Shown in pieces: positions 52,558-63,760 of a DNA stretch of 64,000 nt. Made by a program: the position numbers and the translations under genes. The stretch comes from Octopus bimaculoides (Eukaryota). Under the pieces are notes generated by a model that had not been told where the DNA came from, did no database searches, and saw only the letters and a list, made by a program, of their open reading frames with translations. Within the stretch, counting starts at the first letter, position 1. Every line of letters begins with the position of its first letter. The stretch spans positions 51,756,964 to 51,820,963 of the forward strand of contig NC_068982.1 of NCBI RefSeq assembly GCF_001194135.2. The letters run 5' to 3'.

Positions 52558-52811
52558 CCGTAGATGAAAGCCTTTTTAAGAGGAAAAATGAAGTTGGTGA
52601 AGTTTGGGATACTTGGAATATACGATAACACGGTAAAGAAGGGTTACCTGCAACTTGTTCCTAACCGAAAAACAAAGACACTACTAGCGATCATTATTGA
52701 AAATGTTGAAGCAGGAGCGATCTTTCGTAGGTTTCACTATTTTTACAGATATGTGGCCCAGCTATAAAAATCTACTTAAGAAGAGTGGACCGGAAGCAAG
52801 TCAGTGGCACC
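52558..52811 (+). pseudogene. Merlin (ISXO2/IS1016-like) DDE transposase relic
   Basis: VDESLFKRKNEVGEVW, then a 1-nt shift to ILGIYDNTVKKGYLQLVPNRKTKTLLAIIIENVEAG, then an internal deletion and FHYF..VAQL; matches the Merlin DES.F.KRK / W..G..D / V.NR...TL..II pattern. Confidence 0.75.
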
Positions 52812-52847
52812 CACGATAAAAAAAAAAAAAATCTTTTAAACTTCACA

Positions 52848-53106
52848 TGTATAAGCTGTAAATCGGGGGATGGGGTACTCCCATCATACTCTTGAATCTG
52901 CGTTTGTTCCTGGTTTTATATACTTTCTGATAAAGAGAAGCAGAATTTCGGAGGGACGATCGTTCACAAACACAGAAAGTCCTATTTTGTCTTTTCTGTC
53001 TATCTATCTATCTATCTATTTGCTTTCATTCATTCAGTCGGTTGTTTGTTTTATTAGATAGACAGACAGACAGACAAAATTCACCCCCGATTTAAAGTTT
53101 ACACAT
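52848..53106. mobile_element. About 260-bp MITE-like element with degenerate TIRs of about 24 bp
   Basis: atgtataagctgtaaatcggggg versus cccccgatttaaagtttacacat; the right end abuts a gap. Confidence 0.5.
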
Positions 53107-54019
53107 NNNNNNNNNNNNNNNNNNNNNNNNNNNNNNNNNNNNNNNNNNNNNNNNNNNNNNNNNNNNNNNNNNNNNNNNNNNNNNNNNNNNNNNNNNNNNN
53201 NNNNNNNNNNNNNNNNNNNNNNNNNNNNNNNNNNNNNNNNNNNNNNNNNNNNNNNNNNNNNNNNNNNNNNNNNNNNNNNNNNNNNNNNNNNNNNNNNNNN
53301 NNNNNNNNNNNNNNNNNNNNNNNNNNNNNNNNNNNNNNNNNNNNNNNNNNNNNNNNNNNNNNNNNNNNNNNNNNNNNNNNNNNNNNNNNNNNNNNNNNNN
53401 NNNNNNNNNNNNNNNNNNNNNNNNNNNNNNNNNNNNNNNNNNNNNNNNNNNNNNNNNNNNNNNNNNNNNNNNNNNNNNNNNNNNNNNNNNNNNNNNNNNN
53501 NNNNNNNNNNNNNNNNNNNNNNNNNNNNNNNNNNNNNNNNNNNNNNNNNNNNNNNNNNNNNNNNNNNNNNNNNNNNNNNNNNNNNNNNNNNNNNNNNNNN
53601 NNNNNNNNNNNNNNNNNNNNNNNNNNNNNNNNNNNNNNNNNNNNNNNNNNNNNNNNNNNNNNNNNNNNNNNNNNNNNNNNNNNNNNNNNNNNNNNNNNNN
53701 NNNNNNNNNNNNNNNNNNNNNNNNNNNNNNNNNNNNNNNNNNNNNNNNNNNNNNNNNNNNNNNNNNNNNNNNNNNNNNNNNNNNNNNNNNNNNNNNNNNN
53801 NNNNNNNTTTATCAAATTAGAAAATGCATTTCCGTAGAATTTAAACAAATGAAATTCAGTTTAAACTTTATAAATAAATATATTTCATTTCATGTTCAGT
53901 TTAAACTTTATAAATAAATATATGTTTGCATTATTCATTATTGTTTTTAAAAACAAATCACATACACCAATCAGCACCACCACCACCACGCGTAATCCAA
54001 AGTTGGAATTAATCACCGC

Positions 54020-54142
54020 GATATTGCCATCGCCACCGCTACAACAGAAAATAGTATTAATTGGCTTAAGAGACATGGACTTTTAAATACCCCAAAAATA
54101 TGCCCCTCGTGTGGAGCTAGCATGATGGAAGTAGCCAAAAAG
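54020..54142 (+). pseudogene. Merlin/ISXO2 transposase N-terminal zinc-ribbon relic
   Basis: Frame DIAIATATTENSINWLKRHGLLNTPKICPSCGASMMEVAKK fits WL...GLL.....CP.CG..M. Confidence 0.6.
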
Positions 54143-54308
54143 TTTTTTTTTTTGTTTAGATTTTTCTACTTTCGCTTCTGACAGCTAATACCATGACAGT
54201 GCCGGTTAATGTTTACATTACCCGGAAAACCCAATAATTTAAAGGTATGTTATAGATAGTTTATTTTAATAACAAAATTTTCTGTTAGTAAATGATTTTC
54301 TCTTACGG

Positions 54309-54318
54309 GCGCATGCGC
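54309..54318. promoter_or_regulatory. GCGCATGCGC palindrome (NRF1/EWG-type motif)
   Basis: Exact motif in a CpG-containing stretch about 4 kb upstream of the EFL1 ATG; could equally be part of a transposon relic. Confidence 0.25.
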
Positions 54319-55333
54319 GATTGTTTAAAACTTTTTCACTTTTGATTTCGATGTATTTAAAAAAAATTATTTGGAAATTATAAAGAGAAACGAATGACAG
54401 AATCGGACTCAATTTTAAAACCAAGAATTAAAAAAAAATAGAAAAATTGTGGAAAGTAATGGGGGGGAGGTGAAATTTTCTTTTTTTTGCATAATCATAT
54501 TAATTTCATTATACAGAAGACAGAATCGAAGCAAATTTGTGAAAATTCGTAAAAAAAAAAATCTAGAAAACTAGATAAGAGATTTTTTTAATTTCAATCT
54601 TTTATGTACTAACACTGACTATTATTTTATTTGTACAGGATACTTGTACATTAGAGATGTATAAACAGTAATTTACTCCTTTTTTCGAATATACCGTTAT
54701 TCAAACCAAACATCTTTTGTGACGGACTTCTAAGAATAAGAAGTCTAAGGGTACCCTATCGTGATTGGATTTCATAATAAAAAAAAAAACTTATTACAAA
54801 ATGAAAAGATATCGGTTTTAACTGCTCAAAATAGAAACTCATTTGAAATAAAATAATACGTAAAAGATCTTGAAGTTATTACGTTTATATAAATGACTAT
54901 CTTGAAGTTAATTATTCACTTGTAAAAGACTTGAGGAAGAGAAGATTGACTTATTTTTGTGATTTTAAACTAATAACATTTCAAAAACATACAACACAGA
55001 AACTGATAATGTGAGCAAGTACGTTAAAGTGTATGGAATTAACGAAATCTCTGAGGAGAACCTCTAAGTGGTCACTCAAGCTACAAGAAACAGCAACCTA
55101 GTAATCTCTCTCTCTCTTTCTTTCTCAAATTACTCCATACTGTCTTGAAGGAAGAAAAGCACATGGAATAATGCGCTCTTGGATATACCAAACGACGGGA
55201 CAGTCACAGCTGGACTGACTTTAATGTCCTCGGATTAAACTACATTAGGTAGAATGAAAGATAAAACCTGGGAAATGATTAATAAATCAATACGAAATCA
55301 AATATACCAACCGGTAATAAGTAAACTAAATAC

Positions 55334-55530
55334 CTGAAACAAAAAAAAAAGTATGACTAACATAAAAAAGTGACTAACAGTATGTTTCATTACAAGGAAC
55401 TAATTTCATTTTATAAACAGATCGAAATAGGAAAGGCGAATCAGGCATTTTACTAACGTGACTATTGAAATAGTGGTTAAATATACTTAAACAGCAAGTA
55501 AATATACAATAATATAGAACTTACCAGTAT
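55334..55530 (-). promoter_or_regulatory. Candidate EFL1 5'-UTR splice signals (donor CTG|gtaagt at 55525/55524; acceptor t10-gtttcag at 55334)
   Basis: The first coding exon starts at an acceptor, so an upstream non-coding exon must exist. These are the strongest minus-strand splice signals upstream, but the assignment is inferred. Confidence 0.3.
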
Positions 55531-55741
55531 TGTAAACTTAGACTATTTCAGGAATAAACATACCACAAAAGATTAACGTTCAAATAGTTTTCTTTTCAGA
55601 TGTAATATAAATATATTTGATAGCATTGCACAACATGTGAGCAATCGCCAACCATATTGACATTAACTGACACCTGGTGGGATAACTGCGAGTTATCTCC
55701 CTCGTTTAAGAGGTACGCTATTGCTTGGTTACAGATGATGA

Positions 55742-56148
55742 CTCTCTTTTACTCTTTTATTTGTTTCAGTCATGTGACTGTGGCCATGCTGGAGCACCGC
55801 CTTTAGTCGAGCTAATCGACCCCAGGACTTATTCTTTGTAAGACTAGTACTTATTCTTTCGATCACTTTTGCCGAACCACTAAGTTACATGGACCTAAAC
55901 ACACCAGCATCGGTTGTCAAGCGATGGTGGGGGGACAAACACAGACACGCAAACATATACACACACATACATATATATATACATATACATATATACGATG
56001 GGCTTCTTTCAGTTTCTTCTACCAAATCCACTCACAAGGCTTTGGTCGGCCCGAGGCTATAGTAGAAGACACTTGCCCAAGGTGCCACGCAGTAGGAATG
56101 AACCCGGAACCATGTGGTTGGTAAGCAAGCTACTTACCACACAGCCAC
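55742..56148 (-). mobile_element. Full-length young SINE family A
   Basis: Near-consensus from the tctttttactcttttatttgtttcagtc tail to the ...cttaccacacagccactc head. Confidence 0.92.
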
Positions 56149-57271
56149 TCGTTAAACTTTTAATATNNNNNNNNNNNNNNNNNNNNNNNNNNNNNNNNNN
56201 NNNNNNNNNNNNNNNNNNNNNNNNNNNNNNNNNNNNNNNNNNNNNNNNNNNNNNNNNNNNNNNNNNNNNNNNNNNNNNNNNNNNNNNNNNNNNNNNNNNN
56301 NNNNNNNNNNNNNNNNNNNNNNNNNNNNNNNNNNNNNNNNNNNNNNNNNNNNNNNNNNNNNNNNNNNNNNNNNNNNNNNNNNNNNNNNNNNNNNNNNNNN
56401 NNNNNNNNNNNNNNNNNNNNNNNNNNNNNNNNNNNNNNNNNNNNNNNNNNNNNNNNNNNNNNNNNNNNNNNNNNNNNNNNNNNNNNNNNNNNNNNNNNNN
56501 NNNNNNNNNNNNNNNNNNNNNNNNNNNNNNNNNNNNNNNNNNNNNNNNNNNNNNNNNNNNNNNNNNNNNNNNNNNNNNNNNNNNNNNNNNNNNNNNNNNN
56601 NNNNNNNNNNNNNNNNNNNNNNNNNNNNNNNNNNNNNNNNNNNNNNNNNNNNNNNNNNNNNNNNNNNNNNNNNNNNNNNNNNNNNNNNNNNNNNNNNNNN
56701 NNNNNNNNNNNNNNNNNNNNNNNNNNNNNNNNNNNNNNNNNNNNNNNNNNNNNNNNNNNNNNNNNNNNNNNNNNNNNNNNNNNNNNNNNNNNNNNNNNNN
56801 NNNNNNNNNNNNNNNNNNNNNNNNNNNNNNNNNNNNNNNNNNNNNNNNNNNNNNNNNNNNNNNNNNNNTCGTATTTAGAAAGTTGATCGTCGGTTTGGCT
56901 GTTGTTTCTAGCTTGTCAGACTTCCGTTTGGGGTGGGTCTAAATTTTGAAATTTTTTCTTCTTTGGTAACTTGTATTAAAATTTTGAAAACGCGTTTCTA
57001 GCATGTCAGGTTTCCTGTTTAGATACTTTTTGCGTCTGCTATTTTATAATTCTATGCATGCGTGAAATATTAGTAGAGAAAACACTTTAATTTCACTTCT
57101 TGTCATAGGGCAGAGGGGAGGGGTTTTTATTATTTCTTTTTGAAAAATTGAAATTTTTACAAAATTTTTTTTTCAGAATCATAATCTCCGTATTTTTCTA
57201 CGTATTTCGCCTAAATTTTTTTTTCTTAATGAAAATTTAAGAAATTTAGGGGTGAGGGGATTTAAATTTTG

Positions 57272-57488
57272 GGTACTACTAAAGCAGAGTGGTCCCGAAC
57301 GCGCAGTCACGCGTCCGCGCTAGCTAGTTGTTAGTGGTCGATCCTAACCCTAACCCTATCCCTAAACACATGTATTCATTTGCACACGCGCACTCACACA
57401 CGCGTGCACGCACACTTTTTGTAGGATCGACCACTCACGACTAGCTAGTGCGGGTGCGCGTTCGGTACCACTCTGCTTTAGTAGTACC
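57272..57488. mobile_element. 217-bp Merlin-type MITE with a perfect 9-bp TSD and a telomere-like spacer
   Basis: TSD taaattttg at 57263-57271 and 57489-57497; TIRs of about 70 bp starting GGTAC; spacer contains cctaaccctaaccctatccctaaac. Confidence 0.88.
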
Positions 57489-57777
57489 TAAATTTTGAAA
57501 TGCAGATTTTTTTGCTCATTCAGAATCTCCGCCCTCGATATAGTGTGTTCATATAAAAATACCCCCCCACAAATCCCAAAGAGGGTGCGGTCCATGATCT
57601 TAACCTCCGCTAATACTTCTTACACTTCGAGTTGCTATGAGATAATGTATTTTCTTTCTTTTTTTATGCCTATGACGGAATTAAATCTAAATCTGAGTTT
57701 CTAATGTTCATAATGAGGTTCAGGTTGAAATTAAAGTATTTCAAGTGTATTGTTCAGAGATCGTTTTTCATATTTAA

Positions 57778-58098
57778 CACATAAAGCGCGACGGGCCACG
57801 ATCGTGGTCATCAGGCACAGGTTGGCAGGCCCCGATCGTGGCCCAGATAGCTGCATTTAATTTATGGGCGTTTGTTGGGGTCTAATGTCACTCAAACGCT
57901 CCGATACCCCCCCCCCACAGAATGCAAGAAGACTAATAGTTCAACTTATGACATTTCAGATGATGTAAAACCATTATATACTAAGAAGATATTTTAACTT
58001 TTTTTTTTTTGTTTTTTATGTGCGCATGGTAGTTTCATTTTCATAAAATGTGCTCAGCAGTCCATGCTATGCAAGTGCAAACACCAGCGCTTTATGGG
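57778..58098. mobile_element. piggyBac-like MITE (TTAA TSD) with an internal 12-bp inverted repeat
   Basis: ttaa|cacataaagcgc ... gcgctttatggg|ttaa; internal gggccacgatcg / cgatcgtggccc. Confidence 0.75.
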
Positions 58099-58109
58099 TT
58101 AACTATATG

Positions 58110-58420
58110 CATGCATCTTTCGATTCCCAGCCCGGGCGTTGTGAGTGTTTATTGAGCGAAAACACCTAAAGCTCCACAAGGCTCCAGCAGGGGATGGTGG
58201 CGAATCCTGCTGTACTCTTTCACCACAACTTTCTCTCACTCTTACTGTTGTGCCTGTAATTCAAAGGGTCAGCCTTGTCACACTCAGTGTCACGCTGAAT
58301 ATCCCCGAGGACTACGTGTCTGTGGAGTGCTCAACCACTTGCACGTTAATTTCACGAGCAGGCTGTTCCGTTGACCGGATCAACTGGAACCCTCGACGTC
58401 GTAAGCGACGGAGTACCAGT
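58110..58420 (+). mobile_element. Young SINE family D (head truncated)
   Basis: ttcgattccc B-box-like segment; near-consensus gtggagtgctcaaccacttgcacgttaatttcacgagcaggctgttccgttg body. Confidence 0.85.
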
Positions 58421-58957
58421 TATATGCATGCATCATGTGCGTAGTATGAACACAGCTGATGGGAGCCAACATGTCGAAACAATCAAGTTCGATAGTTTTA
58501 TGCTTTTTAAGTATCATTTGTCAGTTTACTTTGATCATCGCATGTACACTATTACCATGTTCGAACACGTCCGCTTTTATTTCAGTTGAAGGTGAACAAT
58601 CGAGTGTAATATTTAACTTGGGTTTCCCCAAAGTGATAGACTAATTATGTGCTAATGTATTTTCAATTATTTCTGCGCTTAATGCGAAATTCGTAATTTT
58701 ATTATATACGAATTGCATATTCCCTAAGGTAAGATCCTGATGTCTGAAAGTAGTAAGGAGACTCTAAAGAAAAATGACTCCTAAACAGAAAATTGTAGAT
58801 CAGTTGGATCTAAATACGGTCTTGGTTAAAGACGAAATTTCTAAAAAATCTTTGTAGCATCTGAGGGATTTAGCTCAGTCAAACCGTTCAAAGTCAGTGT
58901 TACGATTTGCGTAATCTCTTATGAAATTTAATTTTATAAAAGGTAAATGATAAGGAC

Positions 58958-59392
58958 CTTTGTGATTTGACGGGCAGCATTTTTTTATGTAGTGTTTTTG
59001 GTACCGAAACACTTTCAAACTTCGTATACTTGTATATTTTGTGGTATAGAACAGATAATAAATTTTGTATTCGAAGTTATTTCACGTTAAAAATTGTCTT
59101 ATTTCGATAATTTCAACTAATCACTGACGTCTATTCAGTTGAATACAGTTTGTGCTGTGACGGTGTATATGGTATTAATCCCCGTTAGTTCTGACATATT
59201 CAGCTGAATAGACGTCAGTGCTTGGTTGAAATTACAGAAATACGACAACTTTAACATGAAATAACTTGCGATGTACATTTTTTTGTTAAGAAGGCTAAGA
59301 GAAAAAGTTGTTTTGTATAACACATTCTACCAGTGTCCCAAGTTTGAAAGTGTTTCGTTAAGAAAACAAGTGTTGCCTGTCAAATCACAAAG
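58958..59392. mobile_element. About 435-bp foldback element with degenerate inverted arms of about 190 bp
   Basis: ctttgtgatttgacgggcagca..gaaacactttcaaactt / aagtttgaaagtgtttc..tgttgcctgtcaaatcacaaag, and inner cactgacgtctattcagttgaata / tattcagctgaatagacgtcagtg; 50-nt spacer. Confidence 0.85.
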
Positions 59393-59609
59393 ATAAATTA
59401 ATAAAGATATATAATTTTTTTTTACATACAAGTTCCTTGAGACATGGAATGTATTTCACGTGTCCAACAAAAGTAAAATCGTTAAGAAACACTGGACGAA
59501 CTGTCTGCGTACTTGAGGAGAATAAAGTTGTACCGTGTAGTTGCTGACTAAAATAACCGCGCTGACAGTGGGCGGTTATGCCTTGCACAGTGATGTTGGG
59601 AGTAGCATA

Positions 59610-59945
59610 AAAAACTATTGTAAGTTTAATATCTTCTAAAAAGCCAAAATGGTGTAGGAAATCAGTTCCTAAAATAGGACTTGGCAATTTAACGATGGCA
59701 AAAATCTATAGAAAAACTTGACGCAGGCCTAAGTTAAGAGTAAAAGACTATTTGCCAAAGTTGGAATCGAAGAATGGTTAACTGCCTGTAGAAGAATTGG
59801 TGTGGGTTTCCTGATAAATGGTGTAAGGGAAATTGGTATGATGCTTACTTTGGCGCCTATGCCGACAAGGTTGTTTGTGGAACGGTCGAAAAAGTGACTT
59901 TGAGATTTTTGATGTAGACAAACTATCAACCATAATACGAACATT
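59610..59945 (-). pseudogene. Gypsy/Ty3 LTR retrotransposon aspartic protease relic
   Basis: FFDRSTNNLVGIGAKVSIIP...LLQAVNHSSIPT, then SFTLNLGLRQVFL*IFAIVKLPSPILGTDFLHHFG; the catalytic DTG has decayed. Confidence 0.75.
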
Positions 59946-61682
59946 TGTCTTTTTTAAAACTCGTTGCAGTTGGTATTTAATAACAATTGAATAAAACCTG
60001 AAACAAGCTATTGATTATCTTTCGTGACTTCATTTAATACATGCTGTAATTATTTAGTTTGTTAGAAGCCTGGCAATACTTCTAGAAACAAAAAGATTGA
60101 AAAGATCCTTGTAAGATGACATGACAACAGTCTCATTCAACAGCACTAAAACGTAAACAGCTCACAATTAAAAACCTTCGCAGCTTTTCCATGCCAAATC
60201 TCACATCTATATAACCTCTGATGGAGACTGCACGTTTATAACAATGTCATAACAAGTACACCGAAGGACCTTTTTTTCGTGAAGTCAGAAACTTACTGGG
60301 AAGGTGAGACTAATATATATGCAAACAAAGACTGCATCAAAGAAAAGTGGTTAGGGTCTGATTAATAGGCAAATTTCCTATCACTAACACACTGCACCAA
60401 TACACTGTATTTTCTCTCGGTTCTTTTATTGCTATCTTTACTTCTTTAAATAAGTATTCAACATATCACCTTCTACATGAGCTCATTGAGTCACCTGCTT
60501 CTTCTCGCAGCATCTTTAATGCGTCAGATAAAATGTTTGGAGACTTTAGTTACGACTTTTTATGTTCTAACTTCAAATCCTACAGAGGTCAACTTTGTCT
60601 TTCATATTTTCGGGGAGGATTCACCCAATCTTTTATTCCCCAAAATTGTAGCTCTCTGAGACTTTCTCATTGCTTATTGGGTCAGTTGTTTCTTTGATAG
60701 CACAAAAATTGAAGAGCTTACGAAAATTATGCGTATGTTTTTCTCAAAGGAAGTATTTTTGAAAATCAAGAAAAATTGATCTGAACAAGTATTGAAACCA
60801 TGCCACAGACTATCAGACTCTAATCTTAAGTTTAACAAATTATTGGTTTGACTGTAAAAGGAACTATAGAAATTAAAGACACGGATTTCATAAGTGGGCA
60901 TTTAAAAATACATTTTCCATGCCAAGAAAGAATTTTAAAATGAATAACAATATTTTACTGTCAAAATTGTATTGAGTTCGGTGTTATACCTCACTATGTA
61001 AGTTCATATGCCATTAACATCAACTTCAACGCTGTTTCTTTAAAACATTATTTAGTAAAGGTTTTCCTGCACCACTGAAGACTAGCCATGTGGATTCACT
61101 TGAGCCACATTCTTTGTGAATAAACTCTGCTCATTCCAACGCGACGTTATTAAGTACTTCTGTCTACAAATTGGCTTTCGTATATTTCAATTAGCCGTGC
61201 GGAAAAATCTCTGTTGTTACGGTTTTTGTACATTCTCCCTGAAAAAAGATTTAATTATTTTTAATTTTTGTTCACTCAGTGTGTTTAAATTCAGTTTTGC
61301 CACATCTGCCTAAAAATTGACTTCAATGTATTTCAATTTTGTCGTGCGTAAATATTTTTGTCTTTACGGTATTTGTACGTTCTCTCTACAACATTACTTT
61401 ACTTATTTTTAATTTTTTGCACTCTGTCTATTTAAATACACTATTTACATTTCTTCCTCTATCGAAAAACGTGCATGCGTACGTATGACCGCTATGGGCC
61501 ACATTACAGCCGATAAGCCTTTATTACTAACCAATGAGATTTCAACCACGCCACTCAGTGGTCATGCGTTAGAAAAAGTTATCCTAAAGCAACTCAAGTT
61601 AATTCCATTCAAGCTATTTTCTTCTAGAGGTTTATACGCTCAAATAGTGTTTGAAAGTTCTGTCTACAAATTGACTTCCTTG

Positions 61683-62618
61683 TCTATATATATATATATA
61701 TAATTCTTTGTCTGTTTATTTATCTGTCTGTTCCCTATGCATTCCCACACAGCTTGACCAAATCAAATCAAATTTTACAAAGTAATAGTATCATACCCTG
61801 TGAGTGTCAACATGTAATTTTTTTCATTTGGATTAAAAACAATATAACATTGGCACTGGTTCGGTATTACGTGCCAAAAGTGAAAGAATAAGATCTATAT
61901 TGTAATATCATAATATTGTTACACTTTTATTCTTTCACTTTTAATTCTACTGTGATAAATAAATGAATAATTTATATCCTAATGTGAACAACATTATGCA
62001 TCAGAAACTTTCCATCTTTATCGCCATGACAGTGGAATGGTGTGTCAGTGTATATGTGTTGACTGGCAACGAATGGCTGGAGATGAAACTCTTAACAAAA
62101 TCCAATTAGGTAGCACGTCCAAGGTACATAAAAATACATATCTACCTTTCAATTACCAATTCATAATTATCGCAGCAGTTGCAAGGTTGCATATTTACCC
62201 TTAAATTAATGGAGTCTCAATAGAGAAGGAAGATGAGACTTTCCCAAGATCAGCAAAAGCATGTAGCAGCATATCAAATGGAGTCTCAAGACAGAAGCGA
62301 GATGAGACTTTCTCACGATCAGCAAAGGTATGCTGCAGCACATCAGATGGAGTCTGAAGTGAGAAGCAAGATGAGACTTTCTCAAGATCAGCAAAGACAT
62401 GCACATACCCCCACCCCCAATTTTCCATGACAAGTTAGGGCCTGGAATACACCAAACAGATGCATGACATATCGCTTAGTCGAACTAGCCCATTATTTAC
62501 TCCACAAATGTTTTGTTGTCAATGCTGCACTTTCCCGTATCACCAGTTTCAACATAACTGTAATATATATACAAACTATGCCATTTTAATCCCAAGCTAC
62601 GCCGGGTATCTCTGCTAG
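61683..62618 (+). mobile_element. Non-autonomous Helitron with a 69-bp tandem repeat
   Basis: 5' TC-(TA)n-...ctgtctgttccctatgcattccc end; 3' hairpin cccaagctacgccggg followed by CTAG|T at 62615-62619; internal 23-aa-period repeat at 62209-62402. Confidence 0.75.
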
Positions 62619-62666
62619 TATATATATTTTTCGCCGTAGGAAACCAGGTATGCGAATAAGAATACA

Positions 62667-62741
62667 AGAGTTAAGGAATGGAGTAGATAAGATCCAGGCT
62701 ACATATGTTTCCGGATCTTATCTACTCCATTCCTTAACTCT
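62667..62741. repeat. Perfect 29-bp-stem hairpin; TTAA-flanked 59-bp mini-element (Kolobok-like)
   Basis: agagttaaggaatggagtagataagatcc + 17-nt loop + ggatcttatctactccattccttaactct. Confidence 0.85.
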
Positions 62742-62761
62742 CTATATACAGACATACACAC

Positions 62762-62795
62762 ACTAGCAGTGCACCCAAGCATTGCCCGGGTTTTA
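62762..62795 (-). mobile_element. Helitron 3' terminus fragment
   Basis: actagcagtgcacccaagcattgcccggg is the reverse complement of a hairpin plus CTAG end. Confidence 0.5.
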
Positions 62796-63194
62796 TGACC
62801 TACAGCCAGATTTGTTCCTTTCTTATGGGCATAATCAGCATGCAAGGTATATGAAGCAAATAACTCTTCTTTATAAACATGTATTTCTGTCATTTTCTGA
62901 TGAACAATGCTGCAGTTTCCATCGACCGTGTTTCCTCATAACTTTCAGAAAATTTGATATTTCTTCATGAAATTTTCTATAAATACTTTTCAGATGGTGT
63001 AGATTATGATTGTATTTTGTAGATATATGTATGAGAAGTGTACACGCCAACTATTTTTGGTATTATTTGATCCTGCACGATTTTCACTAAAAAAAAAAAA
63101 ATTTTTAAACAGCTCAGATTTTTTGCGTGGAATCAAGTACCCTGACCTCCCAACATGCTACAAACCCCTTATTTTTTATTGTGAAAAAGGGGGG

Positions 63195-63445
63195 ACCGGC
63201 TGATGTCAGTGCCGCCGGCACGTAAAAAGCACTATTTGAGTGTGATTGATACCAGTGCCATTTGACTGGCCCCTTTGCCAGTGGCACTTGAAAAGCACCC
63301 ACTACACTTGCGGAGTGGTTGGCGTTAGGAAGGGCATCCAGCTGTAGAAACCTTACCAGAACAGACTGGAGCCTCATTGCAGCCTCCTGGCTTGCCAGTC
63401 CTCAGTCAAACCGTCCAACCCATGCCAGATGATGATGATGATATA
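63195..63445 (+). mobile_element. RTE 3'-UTR fragment
   Basis: ggttggcgttaggaagggcatccagctgtagaaac...ccgtccaacccatgccag-(atg)n. Confidence 0.85.
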
Positions 63446-63646
63446 TAATGATATATATAATTATGATATATTGTTACACCATTCAAAGTTTAGATAAACT
63501 TCGTCACCCACTCACTCACTTTCTCTCTTTCTTTCTTTCTCTCTCCCCACACAAAAATGAAACTCATTTCGTCGTCAAAAATTGCAAAAGGAAAATGCTT
63601 CAGTTTTTCAAATCTATTCTGCAATCTAGGATTATTATATATATTA

Positions 63647-63760
63647 CTAGCAGAAATACCCGGCTTTGCCCGGGTTAAAGAGAATAATGAAATCTAAAAA
63701 CGCCGTCTAGACTACGCAACCCTCAACTGTTAGTAGCTACGATACCATATTTCTACATTA
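63647..63760 (-). mobile_element. Helitron 3' end fragment
   Basis: tactagcagaaatacccggctttgcccggg is the reverse complement of a hairpin plus CTAG terminus. Confidence 0.65.

Noticed and set aside
58462-58490. Second hammerhead-like motif (CTGATGG...GTCGAAAC)
   Set aside because: The core has G instead of the invariant A, stem II is weak, and there are no stems I or III.
61160-61445. Degenerate tandem duplication of about 145 bp
   Set aside because: Old low-identity AT-rich duplication with no evident function; probably a transposon subterminal repeat.
62209-62402. CRISPR-like array (also 49520-49730)
   Set aside because: Contiguous degenerate tandem units without unique spacers, in a eukaryotic context with no cas genes.
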